Positions 1-11,254 of a stretch of 64,000 nucleotides of DNA are shown here, piece by piece. The stretch spans positions 1-64,000 of the forward strand of contig JAVJWO010000171.1 of NCBI GenBank assembly GCA_040222015.1, given 5' to 3'. The stretch comes from Coleofasciculus chthonoplastes F2-STO-03 (GTDB lineage: Bacteria; Cyanobacteriota; Cyanobacteriia; Cyanobacteriales; Coleofasciculaceae). Positions within the stretch are counted from its first letter, which is position 1; each line of letters starts with the position of its first letter. The position numbers were made by a program, and so were the translations under genes. The notes beneath the pieces were generated by a model, which saw only the letters and a list, made by a program, of their open reading frames with translations, was not told the origin of the DNA and did not search any database.

Positions 1-324
1 GTTGTTAACACCGGGAAACTAACCGCACCAGGAGGAAGCATTACCGTTGCAGCCGTTCCCGGTTCCAATTTAGTCAAGATTTCTCGCCCTGGGGGATTAT
101 TGTCTCTGGAAGTTGAACCCCCCAGAACGCCAGACGGGGAAGTGTTGCCAGTCAAACCTGGGGATTTAGCCGAATTATTAACGGGTTCGGGGGAGGAGGT
201 TGATACAGGCGTCGAGGTTAACCAAGAGGGCGATGTACAACTGGCAGATACTGGAGTAACTTTACCAAAAGAAACAGGAGTTGCGATCGTATCCGGTGAA
301 ATTGATGTATCTCACACAGGGGCT

Positions 325-349
325 GTAGGGGCGCAAAGCCTTGCGCCCT
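325..349 (+). repeat. GTAG-type REP hairpin in frame inside the haemagglutinin-like gene
   Basis: GTAGGGGCGCAAAGCCTTGCGCCCT; arms GGGCGCAA/TTGCGCCC; translated as VGAQSLAP. Confidence 0.75.
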
Positions 350-1729
350 CATCCTCAACCGGGGGCGAGATTAATGTTATTGGCGATAGAGTAGGTCTAA
401 TTGCCGCCAATGTAGACGCATCAGGAACTAATGGTGGCGGGACAGTACGAATTGGCGGAGGATATAAAGGTCAAGATGCCATCCCAAATTCCGAGGTCAC
501 TTTTGTCCGTGAAGACTCAACCATTCATGTTGATGCTTTAAATCAGGGGAATGGAGGAAGTGCATTTGTTTGGTCTGACCAAACAACCCGCTTTTACGGA
601 ACCATCACAGCTAGAGGTGGTACTCAAGGTGGGGATGGTGGATTTGTTGAAACATCAGGTAAACAAAATTTAGACTTTAATGGTTGGGTCGATGTAAGTT
701 CCCCCTTAGGAGAAGGTGGTCAATTACTGTTAGACCCCGCAAACGTGATTATTGGCACAGATACCGCCAACAACACAGAGCTTGATGATGGCAAAATTCT
801 TGCAGCAGAAGCAGATGATAGTGACTTCAACATTTCTGCGAGCAAAGTAGTCACAATGCTAAATAGTGGCGATGTATTAATTGCCGCAACTAATCAGATT
901 GATGTCAATAGTGCGATTGATTCGAGTAGTAACGCCAACAGCCATAATCTGAGTTTGGATGCCGCCACTGTAAATATCAATGCCGACTTAACTCTCAAGG
1001 GAGGTCTAAGTATCACCGGAGCCGTTTTCTTAGGTAGCGATATTACCACGCAAAATCAAAACATTAGTTTCAACAGTCCAGTTAGGATCACTGAAGATGT
1101 CACACTAAACACAGGAGACGGTGGCGGGAATATCACCTTTAACAACACAGTTAAGAATAAACCGAACCAAACCAATGCTCTGATCGTAAGTAGTGGTACA
1201 GGGAATATTTTATTTAACCAGTCAGTCGGTCAAGAGAATCGTTTGGGAACTCTTGAAATCAATAGTGATGGCACAACAGAATTGCATGGCAACGTCACCA
1301 CCCACAGCAACCAAACCTACAACTCGGCTGTCACTTTGATGAACGACGTAGCTCTCACGAGTAACCTAGGTAACGGTTCCATTAGCTTTAACAACACAGT
1401 AAATGGTACAACTGCTGGCACTCAAAGTCTCACCGTCACATCAGGTACTGGCAACATTACCTTCGACAAAGCAGTAGGCAGCAGCAGCGGTCATTTAGCC
1501 AGTCTCACTGTCAATAGCAGTGGTATGAGCGAGTTCAAATCCACTGTTGAAGCCAATCAGTTAACAACCGATGCGGCAGGTACAACTAAGCTAGGTGGTG
1601 ATGTCATCAGTCGAGACAAGGACACTGACACTGGCACTCAAACCTACAATGACTCAGTAGAAATCACCAATTCAGTAATCCTGACAGCCAACGAGATTAA
1701 CTTTAATAAAGACAAAACTGTTAGTGCAA

Positions 1730-1758
1730 CAGAATCAGAATCAGAATCAGAATCAGAA
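1730..1758 (+). repeat. (CAGAAT)n hexamer microsatellite encoding ESESESESE
   Basis: About five tandem copies, in frame. Confidence 0.9.
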
Positions 1759-2455
1759 ACAATCAACCTGACCTTACGACCAGCCGATGCCAGTCGAAAC
1801 ATCGCCCTAGGTGGAAGCATAGACAAAGATAATACACTCAACTTGCAGAGTAATGAACTCGATGTGTTGCAAGATGGCTTCGGAAGTATCACCATTGGTC
1901 GTGCTAATAGTTATGGTGAAGTAACAATTGATGGAGCGGTGACATTCCAAGACCCCGTTACTATCCAATCTCCTGGCACAGACCCCAAGAAGGGAACAAT
2001 TAGCGTTAATCATGCCATAAATGGTACAGATAATGCCTCGATTACTCTCACTGGACCAACAACGCTAAACGCTGGGATAACTACAGAAAATCAGAACATC
2101 ACGATTAATGGTCAGACGAGGGTTGGTGGCGATGTTGCCATCAACACAGGAGACGGTGGCGGTGATATCAGCTTTAACGGCACAGTTGAAAATAAAGAGA
2201 ACACAACTAACAATCTGACAGTAAGTAGTGGTACAGGGGATATCCTATTTAACCAGTCAGTCGGTCAAGCCAATCGCTTGGGAACTCTTGAAATCAATAG
2301 CGATGGCACAACACAATTGCATAGCAACGTCACTACTCACAGCAACCAAACCTACAACTCGGCTGTCACGTTGATGAACAACGTAACTCTTGATAGTAGC
2401 CAGGGAAACGGTTTGATTAGCTTCAATGGTGCAGTAAACGGAACAACTGCTGGCG

Positions 2456-4146
2456 GTGCAAGCGGCTAGCTTGACAACTACTGGTGGCGGTACTACCCAA
2501 CTAGAAGGTAATATCATTACCACAGGGACAGAAGGTCAAAGTTATGGAGATAAAGTTCTCATTGGTAACAACCTAACCCTCAATAGCAACAATGCAAATG
2601 TGAACTTTGAAGATACTGTCGATAGTCAATCGAGTAGTACAAACACATTAGGGGTTGATGCTGGAGAAGGCAATATCGAAGCCACTATAATTGGTGGTGA
2701 AACGGCTCTGAGGGGTCTAGAATTAAGGGCTAATGAAATTGCAATCGTCGGTATTGGTAATTCTGGAACAGAAGGAGTTAGTGGTAACACCCAACTGACC
2801 GCAGAAGAAATTAACTTTACTGGCGCAACCTACAACGCCAACCAACAAACCTACACAGCTAGCCATCTTATTAATGTTAATAGTATTGGGCTAACTAGCT
2901 TTACTTCAAGTAACGATGATATCAGCTTTGAGGGAAATGTTAATCTCGCACAAAATATCAAAGTTGATACGGATTCGGGTGATGATACGGATTCGGGTAA
3001 TGGGAATATTCATTTTCAAACTATTACAGGCGCGGGTAAAAATATTGAACTGCTTGCCGGGATGGGCAACATTAATCTTGATGGTGTCGTAGGAAGCAGT
3101 GAAAACCCTGTAGGTAATCTAACAATTACCAGTGGGAACGACGTGACAGCAGCCGATATCACTGCGGCAAGTATCACCCAAAATTCAGGCACAGGCATTA
3201 CAAGTTTCAATGGATCAGTCGAAACCAGTGCAGGAGGTATTAATTTAACAGGCAATAGCTTCAATCTACAAGGTACGATTAATACGACTGGTGGGGGACT
3301 CACAATCAAAAACAGTGGTCAACTGACTCTGAACTCTGGCGCTGATATGAATTTAGAGGGAGCCTTTGTACAGCAGGGTACGGGAACCGTTTCAACTGGT
3401 GCAAATATCGAGATCACGACTGAAAATGCTGCTATTACCTTCAAGGGTAGTGGAACAGTAACCCAAACCGAGGAGATAACACTTAATGCGGGAAATGGAA
3501 CAATTAGCCTAAAATCCTGGAATGCCGGGAACAACCCCCTGAACTTAGTTGCTGATGAAATGGACTTTTTAGGCGGAGATAACTCAGTAGTCGGTCAGAA
3601 TAGCTTAACTCTTAAGCCAGCAACGCCTGATCTGGATATTGCGATCGCGGGTGCTGAAGGTACAGCGGCTTTAGATTTGACAACAAACGATTTAAATGCT
3701 CTTGCCAATGGTTTTAACCAAATCACTATCGGACACGCTCAGGGAACTGGAGCAATCACTATTGAGAATAGTGTCGAATTTAAAGATCCAGTAACCATTC
3801 AATCTCCTATTGCATCTGATGCAACTGATGAATTTGGCCCGATTAAAGGTTCAATAACCGTTGAGGGAAATATTCAAGGGTCAGATGATGCTTCAATTGA
3901 CCTCGTTGCACCGAGAATTAATCTCAATGCTGACATTACTACGGCAAACAAAAACATTACTTTAGGTGAAACTGATCCATTGGCTGCTGAAAGTGCTAAT
4001 GTTTTGCTTGGCATAAGCGAAGTTTCTATCAGCACAGGTCTTGGTTCAGGAGATATTACTTTTAATGCCAATGTTAATGGTGTTGATGATAATAAACATG
4101 GTTTGCAAGTTCAGCCAGGTACAGGACAGGTCTTGTTTAACGGTGA
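2456..4146 (+). pseudogene. Haemagglutinin-like repeat/CHAT protein, fragment 2
   Basis: Frame 2 continues the same repeat style (VQAASLTTTGGGTTQLEGNI...GTGQVLFNG). Repeat-like coding stops at ~4146; the ORF tail to 4276 is out-of-frame read-through. Confidence 0.8.
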
Positions 4147-7100
4147 GTACAACTGGATGCAACTAATAACATCACAACGGCTGATATTACCTCAACCGAA
4201 GGAGATATTAATCTCACCAGTACAACAGGTAATATCAATAGCAGTAACGGTAAGATTACAGCAACTCAGGGTGTAGCGAATCTAACCGCCAATGAAGGCG
4301 AGATCACCACGGGTGATGTAAACGCACAGACAGTAGAACTGCAAGCACAGAATAACCTAACCACGGCAAATGTGACTGCCACTGAGGGAGATGCTAATCT
4401 CACCAGTGATACAGGTAGTATTGATACGACTAACGGTACGATTACAGCAACTCAAGGTGCGGTAAATCTCACTGCCGATGCAGGAGACATAACTACCGCT
4501 GATATTACCTCAACTGAGGGAGACGCTAATCTCACCAGTGACACAGGCGATATCAACACGACTAACGGTAAGATTACAGCCTCTGAGGGTGCAGCAAATC
4601 TCACGGCAACCGAAGGAAGTGTCACTACGGCTGATGTAGAAGCACAGACGATAGAACTTCAAGCGAATGATAATCTGACTACGGCGAATGTGACAACTGA
4701 AGGTGCAGCAAATCTTACCGCAACTGAAGGAAGTATTACTACGGCTGATGTAGAAGCACAGACGGTAGAACTTCAAGCGAATGATAATTTGACTACGGCG
4801 AATGTAACCTCAACAGAGGGAGACGCTAATCTCACCAGTGCCACAGGTAGTATCAATACCAGTAACGGTAAAATTACAGCCTCTGAGAGTGCAGCCAACC
4901 TCACAGCAAATCAAGGAAGCGTTACGACTGGTGACGTTGAAGCACAGACCGTACAAGTTGAGGGAAATGATAACATCACTACCGCTAATGTAACCTCAAC
5001 CAACGGCGTAATTAACGTTACAAGTGAATCCGGTTCTATCGCAAGCGGCGATTTGACAGCTAAGGGAGAGACTCCAGACAGTGGAGTGACTCTGAACGCC
5101 CCAGGTAATATTACAACAGGTAATATAGATACATCCTCAGAAACTGATCAAGGAGGTGCGATCGCACTCAATAGCGAGACAGGTGCGATCCAAAGTGGCG
5201 ACTTAACCTCATCCGGAGCAACGGGGGGTGGAGATGTCACCGTATCGGCTCCTAACACTATCACCACAGGTAATATCGACTGTTCATCCAGCAACGGGAA
5301 TGGTTGCGCGATCGCACTCACCAGTGAGACAGGAGATATTACAACCGGGAATCTGAACTCATCTGGCGCTTCAGGCGGAGGTTCACAGACTATTGCCACA
5401 TTGAATCAAATTATATTAGGAGAACTCAACTCCAGTTCAATATCGGGTTCACCCGGTCGAATTACCATCAACAATCCTCAACCAGAATTCCGAGAACAAG
5501 CTCCCGGAATTGAACTGACTTTTATCAATGCTCAAGGTTTACCCACCCCTGTAGGAACTCTTCCACCGGAAACAGGCTTGATTGATATTACCACTGACGG
5601 TTATTTCAGAGCGACAGGAACTTTCCCCTCTCAAACAGGTGTACAAGCCAGTATTGCCACAGGGGGTGATCCGATTATTATTCGTCACGGTGGTGGCAGT
5701 GCCTTAGATCCCTTTGAGGTGGGTAATCCTGAACAAAACGGTACAGCTGGTGCAATTACCAATGGCAACGGATTTACCGGAACAATTGCACCTCTGCAAT
5801 CCTTTACCCGTCCCGTTCGCCAGGATAATATTCAAATTATTCCCCGCCAACCCTCTACATCCAATCTACCGTTTAACACAATTTATCCGAACCTCTCGTT
5901 CACCACTCAAATTTCTGATGCTGATCTGGAAATCACAACATTAGATAGTGTTCTTACCGATGCCTTTTCGGGATACCTAGGACCAAAACCTGATCTGGAA
6001 ATCACAACATTAGATAGTGTTCTTACTGATGCCTTTTCGGGATACCTAGGACCAAAACCCAGTGTTAATAATCCGGCTGATGCACCTAAAATTCTGGCGC
6101 AAATTGAGAAACAAACGGGGGTAAAACCAGCATTTATGTATGCCACATTTGTTGGCGGACGCCTGGAACTGAGAATGGTTTCAGCTCAGAATAAAAAGAT
6201 TGTCAGCCTTCCTGATGTAACCCAAGAAACAATTGTACAAACGGCGACAAAATTACGCCGCGAAATCACTAATCCCATTAAACGGAGAACTACCAGTTAT
6301 TTAGAACCCGCTCAACAACTCTATAAATGGTTAATCGCTCCCTTAGAAGCTGAGTTAGAGGCGCAAGGCATTCAAAATCTGGTGTTTATCATGGATAATG
6401 GTTTGCGTTCATTACCTGTAGCGGCTCTCCATGATGGTCAAAACTTTTTAGTAGAAAAATATAGTGTAGGGTTAATGCCGAGTCTTAGCATTACTGATAC
6501 AAGTTATAAAAATATTCAGGAGGCTCCAGTGTTAGCTATGGGAGTTGCCAGCGTCAGTGATCTGGCGAAAGAGCTGAATCTGAGTCCTTTACCTGCTGTA
6601 CCCCTGGAACTGCAAACAATTGAAAGTATTCGCGATGGAGAAACATTCCTGAATGAAAAAGTTACCCTAGAAACGCTCAAATCACAAAGCCAAGACGCCA
6701 CAATTGTGCATTTAGCCACTCACGGTGAATTTAAATCAGGTCCTCTGGAAAATTCCTATATCCTATTATGGAATGATCTCCTGCGCCTGGATCAACTGCG
6801 AGAATTAGGCTGGAATGAGCGTCGCACCCCAATTGAGTTGTTAATTCTATCAGCATGTCGTACAGCCGTGGGTGATGAAAACGCGGAGTTAGGGTTTGCC
6901 GGATTAGCAGTGCAAGCGGGTGCCAAGTCAGCGCTGTCGAGTTTGTGGTACGTCAGTGATGAAGGAACTTCTGGATTGATGACAGAGTTCTATCGGAAGT
7001 TGCAAACCGCTCCGATTAAATCTGAAGCTTTACGACAAGCACAGTTAGCGATGCTCAAGGGTGAGGTGCGCTTAGAAGGCGGACAATTACGAGGAAGTGG

Positions 7101-7203
7101 ACAACCTGTTCCTTTACCATCAACATTAGAAAGTCAAGGTGATCAGTCTCTCTCACATCCCTATTATTGGGCAGCATTTACTATGATTGGAAGTCCTTGG
7201 TAA
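4147..7203 (+). pseudogene. Haemagglutinin-like repeat/CHAT protein, fragment 3 with C-terminal CHAT (caspase-like) domain
   Basis: Frame 1 is open from 4147 (VQLDATNNITTAD...). CHAT motifs: HLATHGEF (catalytic His), LSACRTAVGD (catalytic Cys), SLWYVSD, HPYYWAAFTMIGSPW. Confidence 0.85.
5921..6059 (+). repeat. 69-bp tandem duplication, in frame (DLEITTLDSVLTDAFSGYLGPKP x2)
   Basis: Copies start at 5921 and 5990 and differ by one synonymous base (accgat/actgat). Confidence 0.95.
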
Positions 7204-7280
7204 GTATAGCGCTACGCGCCAGGGAATAGGCAATAGGCAAGAAAGCTCGCTACTAATACCCAATTTAAATGCATGACAGC

Positions 7281-9740
7281 TTATGTCGATGGCAAGGGTA
7301 TCGTGATTGTCATCGTTGTACCGACTCCCACTTCACTATTGACCGAAATCGTACCCCCTTGTATATCTAGGCATTTCTTGACCACAGCTAATCCTAATCC
7401 GGTTCCGGGAATATTGCCAATATTCGTACCGCGATGAAATATACTAAACAATTTTTTTTGATCCTCTATAGGAATCCCAATGCCTGAATCTTTGACTTTA
7501 AACGTCGCTGTGGATTGACTACAGGTGACGATTAAATCAATTTGACCCCCTACCGGAGAATATTTAATCGCATTAGACAGTAAGTTGATTAAAACAGAAC
7601 GTAATAACTTCTCATCTAAGCAAACAATAGTCAATTCATGTTGACTCAGTAAGTTAATCAAATAGTCTGAGCCAGCATTTAATTGCATCTCTTCAACCAA
7701 CTGGCGGCAAAAAATATCTAATTTAATCGGGTGAAGAGTAAACTCTAACTTACCAGTTTCTGCTCGGCTAATTGTTAAAATGTCGCCCAATAGCTGCGTC
7801 ATGGTTTTAGCGGTTTTCTCGATCCGATCAATGTTGCGAATAATTTTATTGTTTAATTCTTCTGAATAGTAATATTTCAGTAATTGAACACTTGCTAAAA
7901 TGGTACTCAATGGCGTGCGAAATTCATGAGATGCCATAGCAAAGAAATTAAGCTGGAGTTGTCTCAGTTCCTGCTCTTGTGCAAGTGCCAGACGGATTAA
8001 TTCTGCTTGTTTGTGTTCGGTAATATCTTGGGCAGTACCGAGAATTTGTTGGGGTAAACCATCAGCCGTGCGAGTGAACACCATTTCGCGACTATACAGC
8101 CAACGCCATTCCCCGGATTTATGTTGGATACGATAGTCTGTCTCAATAATTTCTCCTTCTTTGGCGGTAGCAAATCGTTGAATAGTAGTAATCAGTTTGA
8201 CTTGATCATCGGGGTGAATTAGATTTTGCGGAAATGTCGGTGCCATGGCTTGGATTTCTTCCGGGGAGTAGCCGATAAATTGAGTAATTTGTTGATTGCT
8301 GTAAATATTTCGCTTTTCAACTAAGTCATAAAGATACAAAGCAGTTGGCATCGCGTGAGCAATGCGTTGAATAAACCGTTCACTTTCCCGAAGTGCTTGT
8401 TCCCGAATCCGAATTTGAGTAATGTTGGTGGCGGCACAGGTAATACCAATAACGTCTTTGGCGTGGTTTCGTAACGGTTCTACAGTTAAATCGTAGTACC
8501 GAACATTGCCATCTACGATAATCGATATTTCTTTACGCTCAGCGACTCCTGTGGTTAAGACGCGATGTTTAATCGGAATGAGCTTTTGGGCATTTTCTGG
8601 GGCAAACATTTCTGATTCTAGTTTACCGATGAGTAAGTCAGTATTAATCCGACTTGCCGGATTATAAACCCAGGTGTAGCGCAGATTTCTGTCTTGATTA
8701 AATACTGTGATAGGTGAGTTATTCAAGGCTACGCGAAATCGTTCTTCGCTAATTCTTAAGGCGGCTTCGACTTCTTGGCGTTCATGAATTTGCGTCTGGA
8801 GATCTGCATTTGTCTGCATCAGTTCCGCCGTCCGTTCTTGAACTCGAATTTCTAGTTGATCACGGGCTTGACGCAGTTGATTTTCAATCGATTGGCGTTC
8901 AATTAATTCCGTCTGAAGCTGTTGATAGAGTTGGGCTTGGTGAATAGCAATGGTAACTTGTATGGCGAGTTGATAGAGTAAGTCAATCTCTAAAGAGTGC
9001 CATTGTCTGGGTTGAGAACAGTGATGGGCAATCAGCAGTCCCCAGAGCTTTTCTTGTTGTAGAATAGGTACGACGAGTTTAGATTTTACGCCTAAGTGCT
9101 GGAGGAATTCCACTAAGCAGGGTGTCACGTCATCGGTTTCTGGATTAACGACAGTGCGAATTCGTCCTTGACAGTACAATTGATGCATCTGTTTGGGAAA
9201 TACTTCCGCCGGAAATGTTTGTCCTAGAATGGGAGAGATATCAGAAGAGACAGATTCTGCTACGGTACTTCCTGTACCATCAGACCAAATCCGATAGATT
9301 AACACTCGATCAACGCCTAGAAATTCTCGGACTTCGGTGACTGTGGTGTCGAGAATGGTTTCTAAATCCAGGGTTTGGCGGATACGTTGAGCGCTACTGA
9401 GGATCAGTTGTTCGCGTTGTGCGATATGTTCTGGGGTAGTCTGTGACTGTTGGCGATCGCAAATTTGTTCTATTTCTGCTTTCAATCGAGAATGCTGCTT
9501 CAGAAGCAAACCGCACAACACGATTAGTATGGCTAGGCTGCTACTATGCCCCAAAATCATACTCAATTGGGTTCTCTGCATCTGAGTGACTACAGCCGCT
9601 AACTGTTCCTGTGACTTGTCACTATAAAGTTCCATCAATTGAGTCAGGTGGCTATAGGCAATAACGCTAGTACCTATAAAAATAAGTAATGCCAGACAAA
9701 CACCTCCGATAATGCTTTTGACACCGATAGATTTTGGCAT
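7281..9740 (-). CDS. ccaS: Green/red cyanobacteriochrome sensor histidine kinase, CcaS-type (TM-GAF-PAS-PAS-HisKA-HATPase)
   Basis: GAF reads DRVLIYRIWSDGTGS..ESV..ILGQTFPAEVFP..Y..G..PCLVEFLQHLGVKSKLVVPI, with the EVFP and C-L motifs of CcaS/RcaE GAFs. H-box SHEFRTPL; N/G boxes present; AGGAG precedes the ATG at 9740. Confidence 0.8.
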   Translation of the reverse strand: MPKSIGVKSIIGGVCLALLIFIGTSVIAYSHLTQLMELYSDKSQEQLAAVVTQMQRTQLSMILGHSSSLAILIVLCGLLLKQHSRLKAEIEQICDRQQSQTTPEHIAQREQLILSSAQRIRQTLDLETILDTTVTEVREFLGVDRVLIYRIWSDGTGSTVAESVSSDISPILGQTFPAEVFPKQMHQLYCQGRIRTVVNPETDDVTPCLVEFLQHLGVKSKLVVPILQQEKLWGLLIAHHCSQPRQWHSLEIDLLYQLAIQVTIAIHQAQLYQQLQTELIERQSIENQLRQARDQLEIRVQERTAELMQTNADLQTQIHERQEVEAALRISEERFRVALNNSPITVFNQDRNLRYTWVYNPASRINTDLLIGKLESEMFAPENAQKLIPIKHRVLTTGVAERKEISIIVDGNVRYYDLTVEPLRNHAKDVIGITCAATNITQIRIREQALRESERFIQRIAHAMPTALYLYDLVEKRNIYSNQQITQFIGYSPEEIQAMAPTFPQNLIHPDDQVKLITTIQRFATAKEGEIIETDYRIQHKSGEWRWLYSREMVFTRTADGLPQQILGTAQDITEHKQAELIRLALAQEQELRQLQLNFFAMASHEFRTPLSTILASVQLLKYYYSEELNNKIIRNIDRIEKTAKTMTQLLGDILTISRAETGKLEFTLHPIKLDIFCRQLVEEMQLNAGSDYLINLLSQHELTIVCLDEKLLRSVLINLLSNAIKYSPVGGQIDLIVTCSQSTATFKVKDSGIGIPIEDQKKLFSIFHRGTNIGNIPGTGLGLAVVKKCLDIQGGTISVNSEVGVGTTMTITIPLPST

Positions 9741-10011
9741 TTGAGTTCTCCTAAGAGATAACAACAGCTAGTGCATCGCAGCAGCAAATAAGCTGTTCAG
9801 CATTTAGATTAGGATACCTAAATTTTTTAAGGAAACAGAGAATTATTTACCTAAAACGGGAGTTAACAGCTCCCAGACGTTCCACCGGAACGTCTCTACA
9901 CCCTCGGCTCCCTCGCTTCCCTTCATCGAATAATATCGTTTATTCTCTTGATGCCATTTATTTTGAGGCTACCTCATGATAAATTCATAAAAGGGAATAG
10001 TATGTTTATAC

Positions 10012-10692
10012 GTGAGAATTCTTCTAGTCGAAGATGATATCTACCTGGCTGAAGCGCTGGCTGAAGCGCTGGCTATACAACGGTATGCTGTTGATACCGT
10101 TTCCGATGGAGAGTCGGCTTGGATACAAGTGAATACCCTTGATTACGACCTCATTTTACTCGACATGATGCTGCCGAAATTGGATGGGATTCATTTGTGC
10201 AAACGCTTGCGTTCCCAGGGTTATCAGATGCCAATATTGATGATCACGGCTCGCGATACCAGTACGGATAAAGTTATCGGTTTGGATGCGGGCGCCGATG
10301 ACTATATGGTTAAACCTCTGGATATTCCGGAGTTACTGGCTCGAATTCGAGCGCTACTGCGACGAGGGCAAACAGTTTCACCCCCGATTTTAGAATGGGG
10401 ACAATTGCGTTTAGATCCAGCTACCTATGAAGTCTGCTACGGCGATCAAACTTTACGCTTGACTCCCAAAGAATATAGTCTTTTAGAATTACTTATCCGC
10501 AATGGACGGCAAATCATGAGTCGGAGTGCCATTATTGAGCATGTTTGGTCACTAGAGAATCCTCCGAAAGAAGATACGATTAAGGTTCATATTAAAAGCC
10601 TGCGCTCCAAACTTCGAGCCGTAGGCGCTCCAGACGATGTAATTGAAACGGTACACGGTTTAGGTTATCGTCTAAAATCTCTTTCTGAATAA
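10012..10692 (+). CDS. ccaR: OmpR-family response regulator, CcaR-type
   Basis: REC domain (LVEDD, LDMMLP, TARD, KP) plus winged helix (LTPKEY..SRSAIIEHVW..IETVHGLGYRL). Closely resembles CcaR and is divergent from the ccaS-like gene. Confidence 0.75.
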   Translation: MRILLVEDDIYLAEALAEALAIQRYAVDTVSDGESAWIQVNTLDYDLILLDMMLPKLDGIHLCKRLRSQGYQMPILMITARDTSTDKVIGLDAGADDYMVKPLDIPELLARIRALLRRGQTVSPPILEWGQLRLDPATYEVCYGDQTLRLTPKEYSLLELLIRNGRQIMSRSAIIEHVWSLENPPKEDTIKVHIKSLRSKLRAVGAPDDVIETVHGLGYRLKSLSE

Positions 10693-10732
10693 TTCTATTC
10701 CCTGTTCCCCATTTCCTGTTTCCATTAAAATA

Positions 10733-10762
10733 CCCCAGCGCTAAAGCTGGGGCATTCCTTTA
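10733..10762. terminator. Hairpin between convergent genes, probable terminator
   Basis: CCCCAGC-gctaaa-GCTGGGG stem-loop. Confidence 0.45.
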
Positions 10763-10844
10763 TTAAATTTTTTCTGTTATGGATTGGAAGAGTAGACTCT
10801 CTGGCTGAATGCATGATAGTCTGGAGTAGACCTCAACAAACAAG

Positions 10845-11105
10845 TCATCGTCTTTTGGTCGGAGAAAGAGTAACCAATTCAGCGGCTGTTTTCCGGAAAG
10901 GATATAACCGTTCGATGCCTAGGAGCGACAGAACAATCAAAACCTGAATAACCCACGGTGCCATAGCAAACCCAAAGATTAAGCAAAATATGGCGCTACC
11001 TATAGCTAAAACTCGGGAAACTTCGTGAGAGGCACGTAAAGACAGCCAGAGACTTGCAATGGCGCTGAGCAAAAGAATCAGGAAGATAGGAAGCATAGCG
11101 ATCAC
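10845..11105 (-). CDS. Small hypothetical membrane protein (2-3 TM)
   Basis: Hydrophobic 86-aa ORF; GAGG upstream of the start region. Confidence 0.65.
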   Translation of the reverse strand: MIAMLPIFLILLLSAIASLWLSLRASHEVSRVLAIGSAIFCLIFGFAMAPWVIQVLIVLSLLGIERLYPFRKTAAELVTLSPTKRR

Positions 11106-11254
11106 CTCTTAAAAGTTCCTAGAGGGCTTCCATCCGATTCAACGACTGCGAAACCCTCTATGTTATCTACGCTAACATTGATTGATTAGAGAAAATTGTA
11201 ATATTAATAACGAGTTCAGGTTTTTTCAGAAATCTTTGCATAACTTCGTATTCT

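Larger units (their letters stand above)
1..2469 (+). pseudogene. Haemagglutinin-like beta-helix repeat/CHAT protein, fragment 1 (5' end lies before the window)
   Basis: Frame 1 is open from base 1 (VVNTGKLTAPGGSITVAAVPG...). It has the FHA-type motifs GGxVxIGG and GGFVETSG...GQLLLDP plus T/N/G-rich repeats. The frame is lost at ~2455. Confidence 0.8.

Noticed and set aside
2440..4165. Programmed ribosomal frameshifting in the CHAT gene
   Set aside because: No slippery run at either junction, and the internal repeat shows about 42 codons missing at the first
9741..11254. Canonical CcaR G-box near ccaS/ccaR
   Set aside because: Only partial matches by eye (e.g. TTTTCAGAAATCTTTGCATAA at ~11223); a PWM scan is needed
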